The notes under the pieces were generated by a model, which was given only the letters and a program-made list of their open reading frames with translations, was not told the DNA's origin and did no database searches. This document shows, in pieces, positions 52,370-64,000 of a stretch of DNA of 64,000 bases (position 1 is the stretch's first letter; each line of letters opens with the position of its first letter). This stretch comes from the human T2T-CHM13v2.0 reference genome, Homo sapiens. The position numbers and the translations under genes are program-made. Location of the stretch: NCBI RefSeq assembly GCF_009914755.1, contig NC_060928.1; one strand, given 5' to 3'.

Positions 52370-52600
52370 TGCAAATAATAATAATAAGAGATCCAACACT
52401 TATTGAACACTTACGATGTGTCTGGTGTACCTGATAGGAATCTGGTGATGACTACTGTATCTAATCCTCAGGAAACCTAAGAACTGAAGAATTATGGAAT
52501 TTGCTGAAAGTGATGTGGCTAGTAAGGTATAGAGCCAGGTTTTGCACCAAAGTGATGTGACTGCGGAGTTTATGCTCTTAATCCCTCTACAGCATGGCTT
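52370..52600 (-). mobile_element. MIR
   Basis: acttattgaacacttacgatgtgtctgg...tggctagtaagg...agagccagg...atgctcttaatc. Confidence 0.65.
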
Positions 52601-53210
52601 CTCACGTCTGTGTCCATATCCACACAGTGACTTGCAGACACACAAAACAGATGTTTATTTTATGTATCTGAATATGTCATGTTTTATTTATTAAATTACT
52701 TAAGAAAAATAAAAATATCCCACCACAGAGGAAGGACATAGTCTGCACACAGCCTACAGTATTCTCATAATAAACATATGCTCTTGATTTTTGACAATTC
52801 TTTCAGTCTTCTTCTTCTTTGAGTCAGTTGTAGAGAAGGGAATCTGTGTCTAACATTGACTCCTTTCCCCCAGCCTGGAGTTCAGTTTTGTGACCACATT
52901 GCAGCTCCATAAAACTGTCTTGCTGATGCCTCGGTGGTTGGGCCCTAAATCTTTAGAGAGGCTGTTCTGCCTGTGTAGCTCTAGAGGCCCAACGCAGTAA
53001 ATACAAACTCCAGACACCCCTGCTTCCTATATGTCCCGGGTCTTAGAGACGTTTTCAGTAATCCTGCCTTGCCCTTTACTTCCCAGTGTGTTTCTTATCT
53101 CTCAGCACTGGGCCACTTGTTCTGTTTCTTATTTATGGCTCTCATATTCATTGTCAGATCTGATGTTAGATAGCAAGCCACGGGTCCTTGGTACTGATAT
53201 CAGCAATTCC

Positions 53211-53368
53211 TTAGGTAACTGCACAACAAGTGAGAAAATCTTTAAGTGGACAAACTAGGTAAAAATGTGAGATTTCTCATGGGACTTCATCACTAACTTC
53301 TATTCTCGAATAGTGAGTCTTGGAGGAATGCCTAATATCAGGGCTGCAAATCATTTAATAAAGATCCA
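53211..53368 (+). repeat. Copy 2 of ~150-bp dispersed direct duplication
   Basis: Collinear with 51853-52010 at a constant offset of 1358 bp. Confidence 0.88.
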
Positions 53369-54649
53369 GTAATTAGTACTTGCCCTCAAAGCTACGTTTG
53401 TTTCTATCTGTCAAAAGGTCCCTTCTTATTTGGTGCCCCCCATTTTTACCTTCCCCTGCCTTGGATACATCCCAGGCCGCTTGAGAGGTTCAGTGCTACC
53501 ATTTGCCAGTAACTGCTCTCAGGTTTTTGTTATTTCATGGTCTGGAGGTTCTTTTTATTTTATGCTTCTTCATGATGTCACCTCTGGGTACACATCCTCT
53601 CTCAGGTTGCTGCCTCTCAGATTCATTTTCACGCCTTCCACTTCTAAGGTGTATGTTTTCAAGTCCCCTTGCTCTTGTGTGTCCTTTTGTGTTTTATTCT
53701 TCCTTGACTTCTTTTTCTTTGCCACACTTCCACTCTGTATCTATGCATCAGACTAATATATATAGACTTTTGGAAATAAAATAAAAATGAGGATGGGTGA
53801 TTCAAATTTATTTTTTTAATAAAAAAATTGTAACAGAGACATTTCTAAACCTAAGTTTGAAGAAGTCAGCAAATAGAAATAGTCATTTGAGCAAAGTATA
53901 AAAAACTCTAGAAATAATCAAGCTTCTGTAACTTCTGAAAAAAAAGATGGTTTCACACTCTGTTTTTGATTTCTAGTAAGAAAATGAATTAGCATTTCTA
54001 TAGCCAACTTTCAAATTTTCTCTGTGATTCAATGTAGTCTAGCACTATATTTATAAGAATCTTTAAGAACTCAGGAGAAATTATATGACTTTAAAAGCGT
54101 CCAAAATGATTGCTGTCTGTGTCAGTATGAAAGAATGTTTTGGGAAGGCTGGAAAGTAAACTATAGGGGGTGAAATTTAGGGAAGAAAAGAACAAGGTGG
54201 TGAAATGTAGTCACTCTACTTTAGCGTTTTTGAATAAAGGATAGTTTCAGGAAGATTAAAGTTATGTCCACAGGCCTCGTGTGGATAGCAACATAGGCCA
54301 AATCCAAAGGGACAAAGATTTCTGTACCTGAAGTCATCTGCATTCTGCCATGAAAGAGACACAATATATATGAAGTTGTATGTAGCCACTAGGGCTGAAT
54401 GCTAGGCCATAGTTATGGCCATTCTGCAGTGCTCGGTTCATGGAATATGAACTTGAAAAATATTAATAGGTCCTAGATGCTCTGGATATTCTAGGCACTG
54501 CAGTGGCTGCTAGACAGCCGGGTATAATCATTGCAAGCACAGTCATTGGAATAAAAATAACAAGATTCAAGTCCTCCATCATTTATTTAAGCTCTGTGAT
54601 CTTGAACAATTTACTTCACCTCTCTGAGCCTATCTAGGGAAGGAAAAAA

Positions 54650-55680
54650 ATGTGTCAGTCTCTTCTCTGACCATGTTCTTCACTGTCACTCTCACTGAAA
54701 CCTGACTTCCTCCTGAGCTCCCTGCAGCTCTCCCAAGTAAAGGCTGTTTCTAGAGCAAAACACATACACCCCAGCCCCTTCAGGTAGGAAAGCATCTTCC
54801 ATGATCCTCACTCCCACTTTGAGACCATTTCTCCCATATTTCTCCCTAAAGCCTTCAGGTTTGAATTTCAGGCCAAAGAATTAGAGCAGCCTTGCTTATT
54901 GCAGTCCTCCAGATTACCTTCCTTCATTCCTTAAAGTAGTTACTCCAGGTTCATTGTCTTTTTCTCCTGCATCAATAAGATTTTGTGATTTCAATAACCA
55001 CACTGATGGTCCTTCCAATGCCCTGTTTTTGTGTCCTAAAAAATAATGTTTGCTATCTGGTCTCACCGACTCATTTCTGCAGTCAGACCCTAGCCTGCAC
55101 TGCCCAGCATAGTAGCCAATAATCACAGGTGACTATTACAACGTTTAAAAATTAGGAATTCAGTCTCTCAATTGCACTAGCCACATTTCAAGTGCTCAGT
55201 AGGTGCAGATGGCTAGTGACTACCATATTTGACAGCTCAGAACAATTCCATTATCACAGAAAGTTCTACAAGATAATGCTGCATCCTAGACCGCAATATT
55301 ATCTGCACCTGAAATCCCTCCATAATGTCAGTTTTATACCTCCCACTTTCTGATCTTTACTTTCTATCTTTCCAGCTCACTGCCTCTAGCTGCCTGACTC
55401 AAAGAATCAGTGATCCACCTTGGACATACTGTTCATTGAGCTTAGCATTTTTTCATACTTCTAATCTTCCTCACGCTTTTCCTAGACTCTTTAATCCACT
55501 TGAGTCACATTGTATAATCTCTACCTTGCCTCCTCCCTCACTTCTGTACATTTTCCTGGCTAAAATGCAGTCTTGGTTAGGTCAAACTACCTGCCCAGTT
55601 GTATATACCACAGACGATATAAGGGGCTGGAGAAAATTCCATAAACCTGACTGGCCCAATTCTGTATGCAATACCTCTAA
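54650..55680 (+). mobile_element. L2 fragment containing MER3
   Basis: ctcactgaaacctg (LTETW-like endonuclease motif) and ggggctggagaaaa in pyrimidine-rich L2-like sequence. Confidence 0.6.
55095..55281. mobile_element. MER3-like hAT MITE
   Basis: gcactagccacatttcaagtgctcagtag...atggctagtgactaccatatt...cattatcacagaaagttcta. Confidence 0.82.
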
Positions 55681-55684
55681 TTTT

Positions 55685-56170
55685 AAGATAAGTAAAAATG
55701 TTTCTGAGATTGAATAATTTCTATTGATTGGTCTAATTCAGTTATACTTTCTTCTACATTATCCAAACTGTTAAGCTCATTCAGTGAAATTTCACTTTAA
55801 TATTGTGCTTTTCTGTTCTCAAATTTCCATTCAGTTTCTATTTGTCTGTGGAGTTTCTTCATTTGTTCATTCATTATCTCTATATTTACCCTTAGGTCTT
55901 TGCTCTTTTAAAGTCCTTGTCTACTAATTTCAACATCTGAGTCATTGCATAGTCTGTTTTTATTTATACCTTTTTTCTTTGAGTATGGATTGGTTGTTCT
56001 TGCTTTTTTACATACCAGCTAGTTGTAACTCAATGCTAGATATTGTGAATATATACTGTAGGGAATCTAGATTATTTCTTCTTCATTTATAGGGTGTCGA
56101 TTTTGTTCTGGATGACAGCTAAGTTACTGGCAGCCCTTTTTGATCCTGACAGACATGGTTTTGTCTCTGC

Positions 56171-56206
<36 letters not shown>

Positions 56207-56930
56207 TTAATTCCATCTACTTTCTCAGTTCAGAAGACTGCCATGTTGTGTTCAAGCTCCACCTCCAAAGAAGAAAACCAGGTCAATGTAGGGCTTGCTT
56301 CATGTGTTTCCCTACTCTTAAAGATCATGTCACTCGATAGCTCTGTGGCTAGTACCTTTTTCATGGATGAAAGTAGAAGTTTGTCCTACCTTCCTTTCCT
56401 TTTCAAACTTTTATTTGCAAATGACACATATCCAGAAATAGACATAACACATAATGTACAATTTATTATTTAATGGAAAAGATACTACCAACAAAGCTTC
56501 TGTCTAGCTCAAGAATTAGAACATTTTCATCATTGCAGAAATGTGTCCCTACCGTGTATACCCATTCACAGTCACAACCCCATTCCTCTTCCCTAAATGT
56601 AATCACGATTCTGATGGTATGGTAATCATTTCTTTTATTCTCTTTGTACTTTTACTGTTTCTTTTATTCTCTTTGTGCTTTTACTGTTGCAGTAGACATT
56701 GCTAAAGACAATATCTTAGCAATGTATAATTCCATTTATGTAATGTCTGAAATGTATAATTCCATTTATGTAATGCTACATAAATGGAATGTCTACTGCA
56801 TTACATAAATGGAATCATACATTGGGTAAATGTGCTTTTGTGACTGACTTCCTTTCCTTAACATTATGTTTAATGAGCTTTATCCATGTTACTGGGTGTA
56901 ACTATAACTTATTCATGTTTATCAACCCTC
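55685..56930 (-). mobile_element. Old L1M fragments
   Basis: ttttaaagtccttgtctactaatttcaacatctgagtc (5' region) and ataaatggaatcatac...tttccttaacattatgttt (3' region). Confidence 0.65.
56176..56204. repeat. (CT)n microsatellite
   Basis: About 14 CT units. Confidence 0.9.
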
Positions 56931-57231
56931 TCTTTACCTCACTGCAATGAGTCTTATTTCATATTATTTCACCTAAACTGTCCTAGTAAGAGTTGCCTTT
57001 GACCTTCATCAAGGTTGGCTCATTTATCTTCTCAATTTGAAGCACTAGACTCTCTAAACTTCCTCCCTGCTGTTCTTTCCTCGACCTCCAACTTATTCAG
57101 CCAATTCACAGACAGGTCCACAGGCAGCCTATCCACAGCAACTAGGAAAAGAAGCATGCAGATCACCGTTATGTGGGAACCACGTAATAAACATATATGT
57201 GCACGCAGTGCATGTGCATATATAAAAGTGG

Positions 57232-57247
57232 TATCTATCTATCTATC

Positions 57248-57283
<36 letters not shown>

Positions 57284-57284
57284 C
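57232..57284. repeat. (TATC)n tetranucleotide STR with one ATC interruption
   Basis: tatctatctatctatc atc (tatc)n. Confidence 0.93.
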
Positions 57285-59167
57285 TAATTTAGCTATTCTG
57301 GGATATGCAGGAGTCTTCCATTTTATCATTTAATGGCCATGTCAAAAATTTTAAATGTTAGTTTATTTAATAAAATAAAATTTTAAATGGTTGTTGTCTT
57401 TAAACTTAATTCTAGGGGAAAAAAAGATGTGCATGGAGTCCGGTTCTCTTTTACAAAGTTAATCTGAAAGACAATCTTTGGTCATGGGCTCAGCAAAATT
57501 TCAGTTTAGATATGAGAGTATGAAAGACATCAGGAATGTGGATATTTTTTAACTTGTTCACAATTCTGGGACTTCTTATATCTTTCATTGTGGTAGAAAA
57601 TTGATCATTTGGGAGAGGCATTAAATGAAATAAAATTCTTTCTTTTATTGCTGGGAGAGGTCTTCTTTAATTTCCTTAGATGTTAGTCTATCTCTGAAGT
57701 CTTATCTTACATGCTGAAGCATATTTTTTGAACTATCCAAAAGGGTCCTGTTCTTTTTCTCATTTTAGTTATTAGTCTGGAGATTGCCACCATTCTAGGA
57801 TCTGTATGACATTTTTGTATTATAGCTAAACCCAAGAGCCAATTTTCTTATTAGTGGCAAGTGAGTGAAGAGTGAAGAGACCATAAAGTCAGATAGTTTT
57901 ACATTAGGCTTGGGATTGGTGCCCAGAATTATAATTTACATGCAAGAACTACATTCTAAGTCTTGTAGCTACTCTTACCTCTGAAAATTAGGTAAAATCA
58001 CCACTTTTCCTCAAATTACCTTGATACATTTTCTTTTTTAAGAAGTACGTTGAGTGCATTAATTATCCTGATAATTGTTTAATCTTCTTCATTTTGTTAG
58101 ATGGGTTGAGAAGAAACTTTTCCTATTTAAGGCAATTTTGCCACGTGTAATTCATGTACTCCTGAGAGTATGTCAAATGTGAAAAAATAACTAGGCTGTC
58201 CTGTCTACTCTCATACCACTGATTATGATGAGCACGATTTCAGGCTCAGGAAGATATTGGTGCCACCTCGCTGGAGTGAATGAAAAGGACTGGAGTTGGC
58301 TACAGTTGCGTTGCATGAAATGCATTATAAAATCACGTGCTTCCATCCCATAGCAGCATTCAGACCTCTGGAAAATATTATGCTCCAGTTTTATCAGTAT
58401 ATTAGAGTGTGTTTTGCAGTCATTTGGCAGCCAAAAAGCTAGAGATATATGGTATGTTTCCACTGCTTATTTCATATGCTTCTATTTTTATCAGCTCAAA
58501 TCTGACTTAAAGGAATGATGATCCAGCATCCATCCCATGGAGGTCATGGGAATTATTGATTGATGCAGCCAGTGCATGGGAAGGTAAACTCTGAACAACT
58601 TGTCATTCCAAGAAACACTTGTGAAGAACAGTTTGTTCCTTGAGAATAAGCTGATAAATAGTCCAAGGACAGAAAAAATGTTATACAGCTACAAAGGGTG
58701 ATCAAAAGCTGAGTGAATATAAGTGGATGGAAACTTTAGAACCCCTCTGGCTTCACAGCCTTCCTTATACCAACTTTGCATAGTAGTGATTCTATGTGCA
58801 TGTATGTGTGTGTGCATGTATGTTTTGTGTGTGTATGCCAGCAATTATGATATTTCTGTGGACTAAAAGTCTGTGCTTAGGAACATGGTCCTTATAAATA
58901 TTAACAAGTGACTGAGTAGATAAAAAGATCAATTTCATGGCTTCCCCATAGCTCTATTATGAGTTATTATCCTTTAAGGGGTTTAATAGTGTTGAGGATC
59001 ATTAAATTTCACAAGCTGAAGGTGAGATTGACAGCTGGTTATCGACCTAATATCTACTCTCCATTTCTTCATTAGTTAAACAGTCTCAATTTTATCTATG
59101 GTGGTCATGTTCCCATTTCAATCATTCTTGCAGTTAGGTTTGACTCCATGATTTTTAATCAATAAGA

Positions 59168-59524
59168 AGTTTCTTATTCAAACTGCTTTAAAAGTATACC
59201 ATAGACTGGGTGACTTACAAACAGCAGATATTTATTTCTCACAGTTATGCAGGCTGGGAAATCTAAGATCAAGGTACCAGATGACTTGGGGTCTGGTGAA
59301 GGCCTGCTTCCTAGAAAGATGTCTTTTCACTGTAGCCTCACATGACAGAAATGGGGCAATATCTCTCTGGGGCCTTTTAAATAAGGGCAGTAATCCCATT
59401 CACGTGGGTTCTGCCTTCCTAACCTCATCAACTCCTAAAGACCCTACCTCCTTATATCGTCACCTTGGGGATTCACATTTTGTCATATGAATTTTGTGGG
59501 GACACATGCATTCAGACCATAGCA
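59168..59524 (-). mobile_element. MLT1A-type LTR, probably nested in an older MLT1 (~59030-59900)
   Basis: taccatagactgggtgactta...ttcagaccatagca; flanks carry gcagccatcatg and gctgggtcctg MLT-like motifs. Confidence 0.85.
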
Positions 59525-60769
59525 AGGGGTATTTAGATTTAATCAACATGAAGTATTTTATCTGAATTCTAGGTCAGCTCTTGAAAGAGAGATTTATTTA
59601 AGAGATGTGTCCCTTTTGATTCTCTTCCCTTCCTCTTCTTTATTGCCCGAAGTATGAATATAATATCTAGCGCTCTAGCAGCCATCATGAAAACATTTTC
59701 CAGCATAAGAATGGAAGTCATATGCAGAGATAATGGAGGAGAGATGTGGAAGAAGGCTGGGTCCTGGGTGAGTTTGTAATCACTGTGCCTGCTCAGGACT
59801 GTCAATCGATCTCTGCACTTTTATTTTTGTGAGTGAATAAACATAAGCCTCTGATATTTTGAGGTTCTCTCTTTTCAATACCTAAATATAATCCAAAATA
59901 ATGTATTTTGAATAGAGAAATACCTAGTGGTAAATGCAGGGATAAATTCTGGTCATAAGGAAAGATATGACATTTATATGACATATATATGACAAATTTT
60001 GCACTCAGATTAGAAAAGAGTTTATGTAGTCCTAATTTCAAGGTTTTCTCAAATGACAGTTTTTAAAAAAGTATTGTTATACAGAATTGCCTGATTGGAT
60101 GGCCATTTTTGCGTGAATCTAACTCTGTGTGTGTGTGTTTGTGGCAAGAGAGACAGAAAGCATTATTCTTATTCTTCCATATATGTGTACGGCAAATTGT
60201 CAAGCTACATTTTTTTTACAATGTATTTTATTGTGAAATTAAAAACCAGCAATAACTATTCTAAGGTCAATTAAGAAGCTACAACTGAATGTGCAGGGTT
60301 TAGATCTTGGCTTTACTCTTAATTAGAATTGTTCATGAATCACAATGTCCCTACTCACTTGAAATAGATTGAGTCACAAAGTAAAAATGAATTTTAGACC
60401 TTTCTTTAACCACAAATTATTCATTCTGTGGTTTATTGGGTTTATGTATGTGCACATAATGAGGTTTGTATTACTTTCTATAAATGCTCTTGTCACACAT
60501 GCTGATTCTGACTTTATGTGTGTGTGTTTGTGTGTGTGTAGATACACTTAACACATAAGTGTGGATGCTGAAAACATGGCTATATATATATATATCCCCA
60601 TATGTAGTTGCATATTCCTACCTCTTCAGATTTTTTTGTTATTTCTTATAAATCTCTTACCTTTAACTTAATGGCGTTCAGGTTGTCTCTCCAAGTAAGC
60701 TTTCCTTTGTAGCATCAGCTCTACTTCATGAAAACAGAAACAGGATATTTAATTTCCTGCAATGCTTGT

Positions 60770-60990
60770 TATCACCTCCTCTACTTTTATTCCATAGCAC
60801 TTATCATGATCTAACATGCTATATGTTTTTTCTGTATTTCTTTATTATTGCCTAATTCCCCCACTGAATTATAAATCCCTTGGAAGATCCAAATTTTGTC
60901 TCTTTTGTCCACTATTGTATTTTAATACTTAGAGCAGTATCTGACGTTTTCTAAGCATTAAGAAATATTTGTTGAATGGATAAATGAGTT
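60770..60990 (+). mobile_element. L2 3' end
   Basis: ttccatagcacttatca...tagagcagtatctgac...aaatatttgttgaatggataaatga. Confidence 0.8.
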
Positions 60991-61289
60991 ACAGTAACTG
61001 GTAAAAATAATTACTAACTGAGAAGCTCTTTTAAGGAAACACCATTTTAGTATTGAATACTATAAGCTATCCATTTTTTAATGTCATCAGTGGCACCAGA
61101 TAATAACATTCCTTGATGGTAGAATCTTTTGGACATTCTTTACTTTTTTGTTTCCCAAATAATTTTGGAAGTTGACTATTACGTGTGTGTAAAAATGAAA
61201 ACTTTCAAATAATTTGAAGAATAATAAAATATAAAGGATGTCTAAAAGAATCTATCATCAGGAAGAGGCCATGTTTTAAAATGTTATTA

Positions 61290-61450
61290 TCCTTCACTGC
61301 ATGGGATGCAAGATACCTTGGAGGGAAATGGTTCTAATTTTGCTAGTCAGGAGATGGAGGTGAATGGAGGTTAAGTGGCGGGTCCCATATAACTCATTTA
61401 GTTGCTGCACTACTGATGATGGCCCAGGTTTTCTGCAGGCACAAAGGTGA
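61290..61450 (-). mobile_element. MIR
   Basis: atgttattatccttca...gaggttaagtgg...ccaggttttctg. Confidence 0.5.
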
Positions 61451-61762
61451 AACTCAATATCATACATGGAGCCAGAAGGCAGGATTGAATTCTCATAATG
61501 AAGAATTTTATGGCCTTGAAAAACAGTATATAACATTACTTAAGCCTCAACAACATTAATAATACCTGTTTGGGGATAGATGTGAATAAAACATAAAAAA
61601 AATTACCTGTGTTTGTTATTCGTGTCCTGTGCTATCTCCATTACACATTTCTGAGTGTAAGTTGCTAGATATTTTCTGAGGTGAAATTAGACGACTTGTT
61701 GTGAGGGAGGAGTCGACAGACATATTTGGGCATATTATGAATTACTATCTAAAATAAACCCT

Positions 61763-61828
61763 TTACAATATTATTTTTATGTTCTAACAATATTATGTTA
61801 TGTTTTTACAATATTATTTTTATGTTTT
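61763..61828. repeat. Short tandem repeat, about three 22-bp units
   Basis: acaatattat(t/g)tt(t)atgtt repeated three times. Confidence 0.8.
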
Positions 61829-63022
61829 ATTAGCTCAATTTTGGCTAATTTTAAGTAAACAAGGAATTCTATTAATCTTGACTATTAATATTGCATATAT
61901 TTTTAGAATGACTTAGCATTTAACTGTACACTAATATATAGGCCCTTTTTATTATTTTAAAATAAGAAGATTCTGTTTGGGACATATTTGGGGATGGCTC
62001 TGATAAAAGATACATGCTACTTAAGTTATGTGCTGTAAGGACAAAGGCTATAGTTAATTTATTCTCCCATAGAAATTTAGTTTCTGAGTTCTCACATTTT
62101 AAAAAATCCAATAAGCATCTTGGGGTTAAGGACTGATGTTATTTCCGTGTACTTTGCCAAAGCCAAAAGCTGTCAACAAATATTTTTTGGTCCTTACTGA
62201 CAGACTCTGTGTTATGTGCTGTGAGTCTGGAGATAAGGGAAGAAGCATTTTACCTCACTGAGCTCAGAGCATATTCAGGTTACTGAATAATTATGCACCA
62301 CCTGGTAGGTCTTCTGATACAGCATGTGATGGAGGCACACAGGGAGGCCCCTCACCGAATAACCATGCTCAGACCAGGCTTTCTGAAGGATATAGTTTTA
62401 AACATGGGCAGATGTTCCAGCATTGGAGGGGAACAAAGATGCTATTTCAGGCAGTGGCAGCGTCGCAAAGTACAATAGGCAATGTTCAAGCATATAGGAA
62501 AAGAGAAATATTAAAAATTGCTTAGAAGGACTTGAGTATAGGCAATGTGTTCACATGACACAATGATAGCTAGAGTGACAACCAAACCTTGCTTCTTTTT
62601 ATAAACCTTTTTGCAAAATCTGAAAGTAAAGAATCTTGCAAGAGGCTCAAAAGTAGCCATTGTAAGAGTTTATAGCATAACTTTAAAATTATTTATTACA
62701 CATGAATTATTGGGTGATGTTTTGTAGAATAGTATCCTAAAACTTAGAGGGGTAATGAAACAATTTGCCATCCCAGCCACTCTGCTGGACATGTATTTAG
62801 AAAAATCATCTAGATTTGAGTCTATATTATGATATTTAATTTTTCAAGCCAAATTACTCAATAGAAGATATAAAGTTTATATATTTTTTCCTATTCTCAG
62901 CTTACTGCTCCTAATACAAATGAATAATCCCTTGCTATATTCAGGTGGTTTTTTGTAAATAATATTTAGCATATTCTGTCAGTTTGGGTAGATATATAAT
63001 TTTTAAAATTAATTTTATTTAT

Positions 63023-63376
63023 GGATATTGTTTGGTTGTGTCCCTGCCAAAATCTCATCTTGAATTTCAATCTGCTGTGGGAGGGACCCAGTGGGTGGTA
63101 ACTGAATCATGGGGGCAGGTCTTTCCTGTGCTGTTCTTGTCATAGAGAATAAGTCTCACGAGATCTGATGGTTCTATAAGGGGGAGTTTCCCTACACAAG
63201 CTCTCTCTTTGCCTGCTGCCATCCATATAAGATGTGAATTGCTCCTCCTTGCCTTCTGCCATGATTGTGAGACTGCCTCAGCCATGTGGAACTGTAAGTC
63301 CATTAAACCTCTTCCTTTTGTAAATTGTCCAGTCTTAGGTATGTCTTTGTCAGCAGCATGAAAACAGACTAATACA
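63023..63376 (+). mobile_element. THE1 (A/B-like) solo LTR
   Basis: gatattgtttggttgtgtccc...gaaaacagactaataca; perfect TSD TTTAT. Confidence 0.94.
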
Positions 63377-64000
63377 TTTATCAAGAGCTCTGAATAAACA
63401 TTTCCAGGTTTCTGTTAATCTGTTATACAGTGATCAAGCATAGTCATATTCCCTATAGACAAAATGCTTTCATCTATTCTAATTAACAGTCTGAACCTCT
63501 AGCATTCCCTAAATGGAAACCTAGAAAGAAAATGGTTCCCTAAGGAATTACCATATGGCAAGGGCCATAAGGGCAACTCTACTTATAATTTTTTCAGCCT
63601 TAAGTTCCTCTGCCATTTCTTCCACAATAGTTTGTGTTTTTCTTTCTTTCTGAACATAGAAAATTCTTCAAAAATGTGCAGTCTCTATTCATTACCCCAG
63701 TCTTCATGTACAGTGAAAGGCATTCATGACTGACTTTCATGTAACAGCAAAGAACAGAAGGACATTTATTATCAACTTGTCAAAGAACATAGAGTTTTTC
63801 TTGTTTCAGGTGTTAATATTTTCTGTTACCAAGGCGTTCATCACTTAGACCTCTCATTCTCAGGTAAAGTAAACTTTGATGTACCTCATGAAGAACAAGG
63901 ATTGTCTGTTAGAGAAAACCTTGCTAATTAAAGTAAATGCAGAGGGTTTAAAAACTTTTGTGCATAAGATTATATGAGAAAATTATCTATGCTTAAAAAT

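Noticed and set aside
58195-58460. GC-richer unique block with a possible exon and CTCF-like tgccacctcgctgg
   Set aside because: Weak acceptor, stops in the plus-strand frames I translated, and only a partial CTCF match.

Overview
AT-rich, repeat-dense, gene-poor primate DNA (human-like: AluY, L1PA, HERV-H). I cannot support any intact host protein-coding gene; almost all listed ORFs are repeat-derived or chance. The first 14 kb holds two co-oriented defective proviruses. One is a two-LTR HERV-H (1194-5834, TSD GGAGC, His PBS). The other is a 5'-truncated Harlequin/HERV-E-type mosaic (~8175-14106) with a nested L1PA. The rest is Alus, L1/L2/MIR, solo LTRs (THE1, MLT1, MER4, MER21-like and others), hAT MITEs and faint CR1/RTE protein fossils. 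The best leads are: a 51-bp enhancer-block deletion in only the 5' LTR7; an orphaned HERV-E env downstream of the intact 3' LTR7; a ~250-bp-arm inverted duplication at 25.1-26.6 kb; a stacked L1 site with twin priming and a probable 3' transduction; a CpG-retaining but heavily mutated AluY; a non-repeat 150-bp dispersed duplication; and a template-switching scar at 56.7 kb. I do not see clear evidence of a new biological system. Repeat subfamily names come from remembered consensus sequences and need RepeatMasker/Dfam confirmation.
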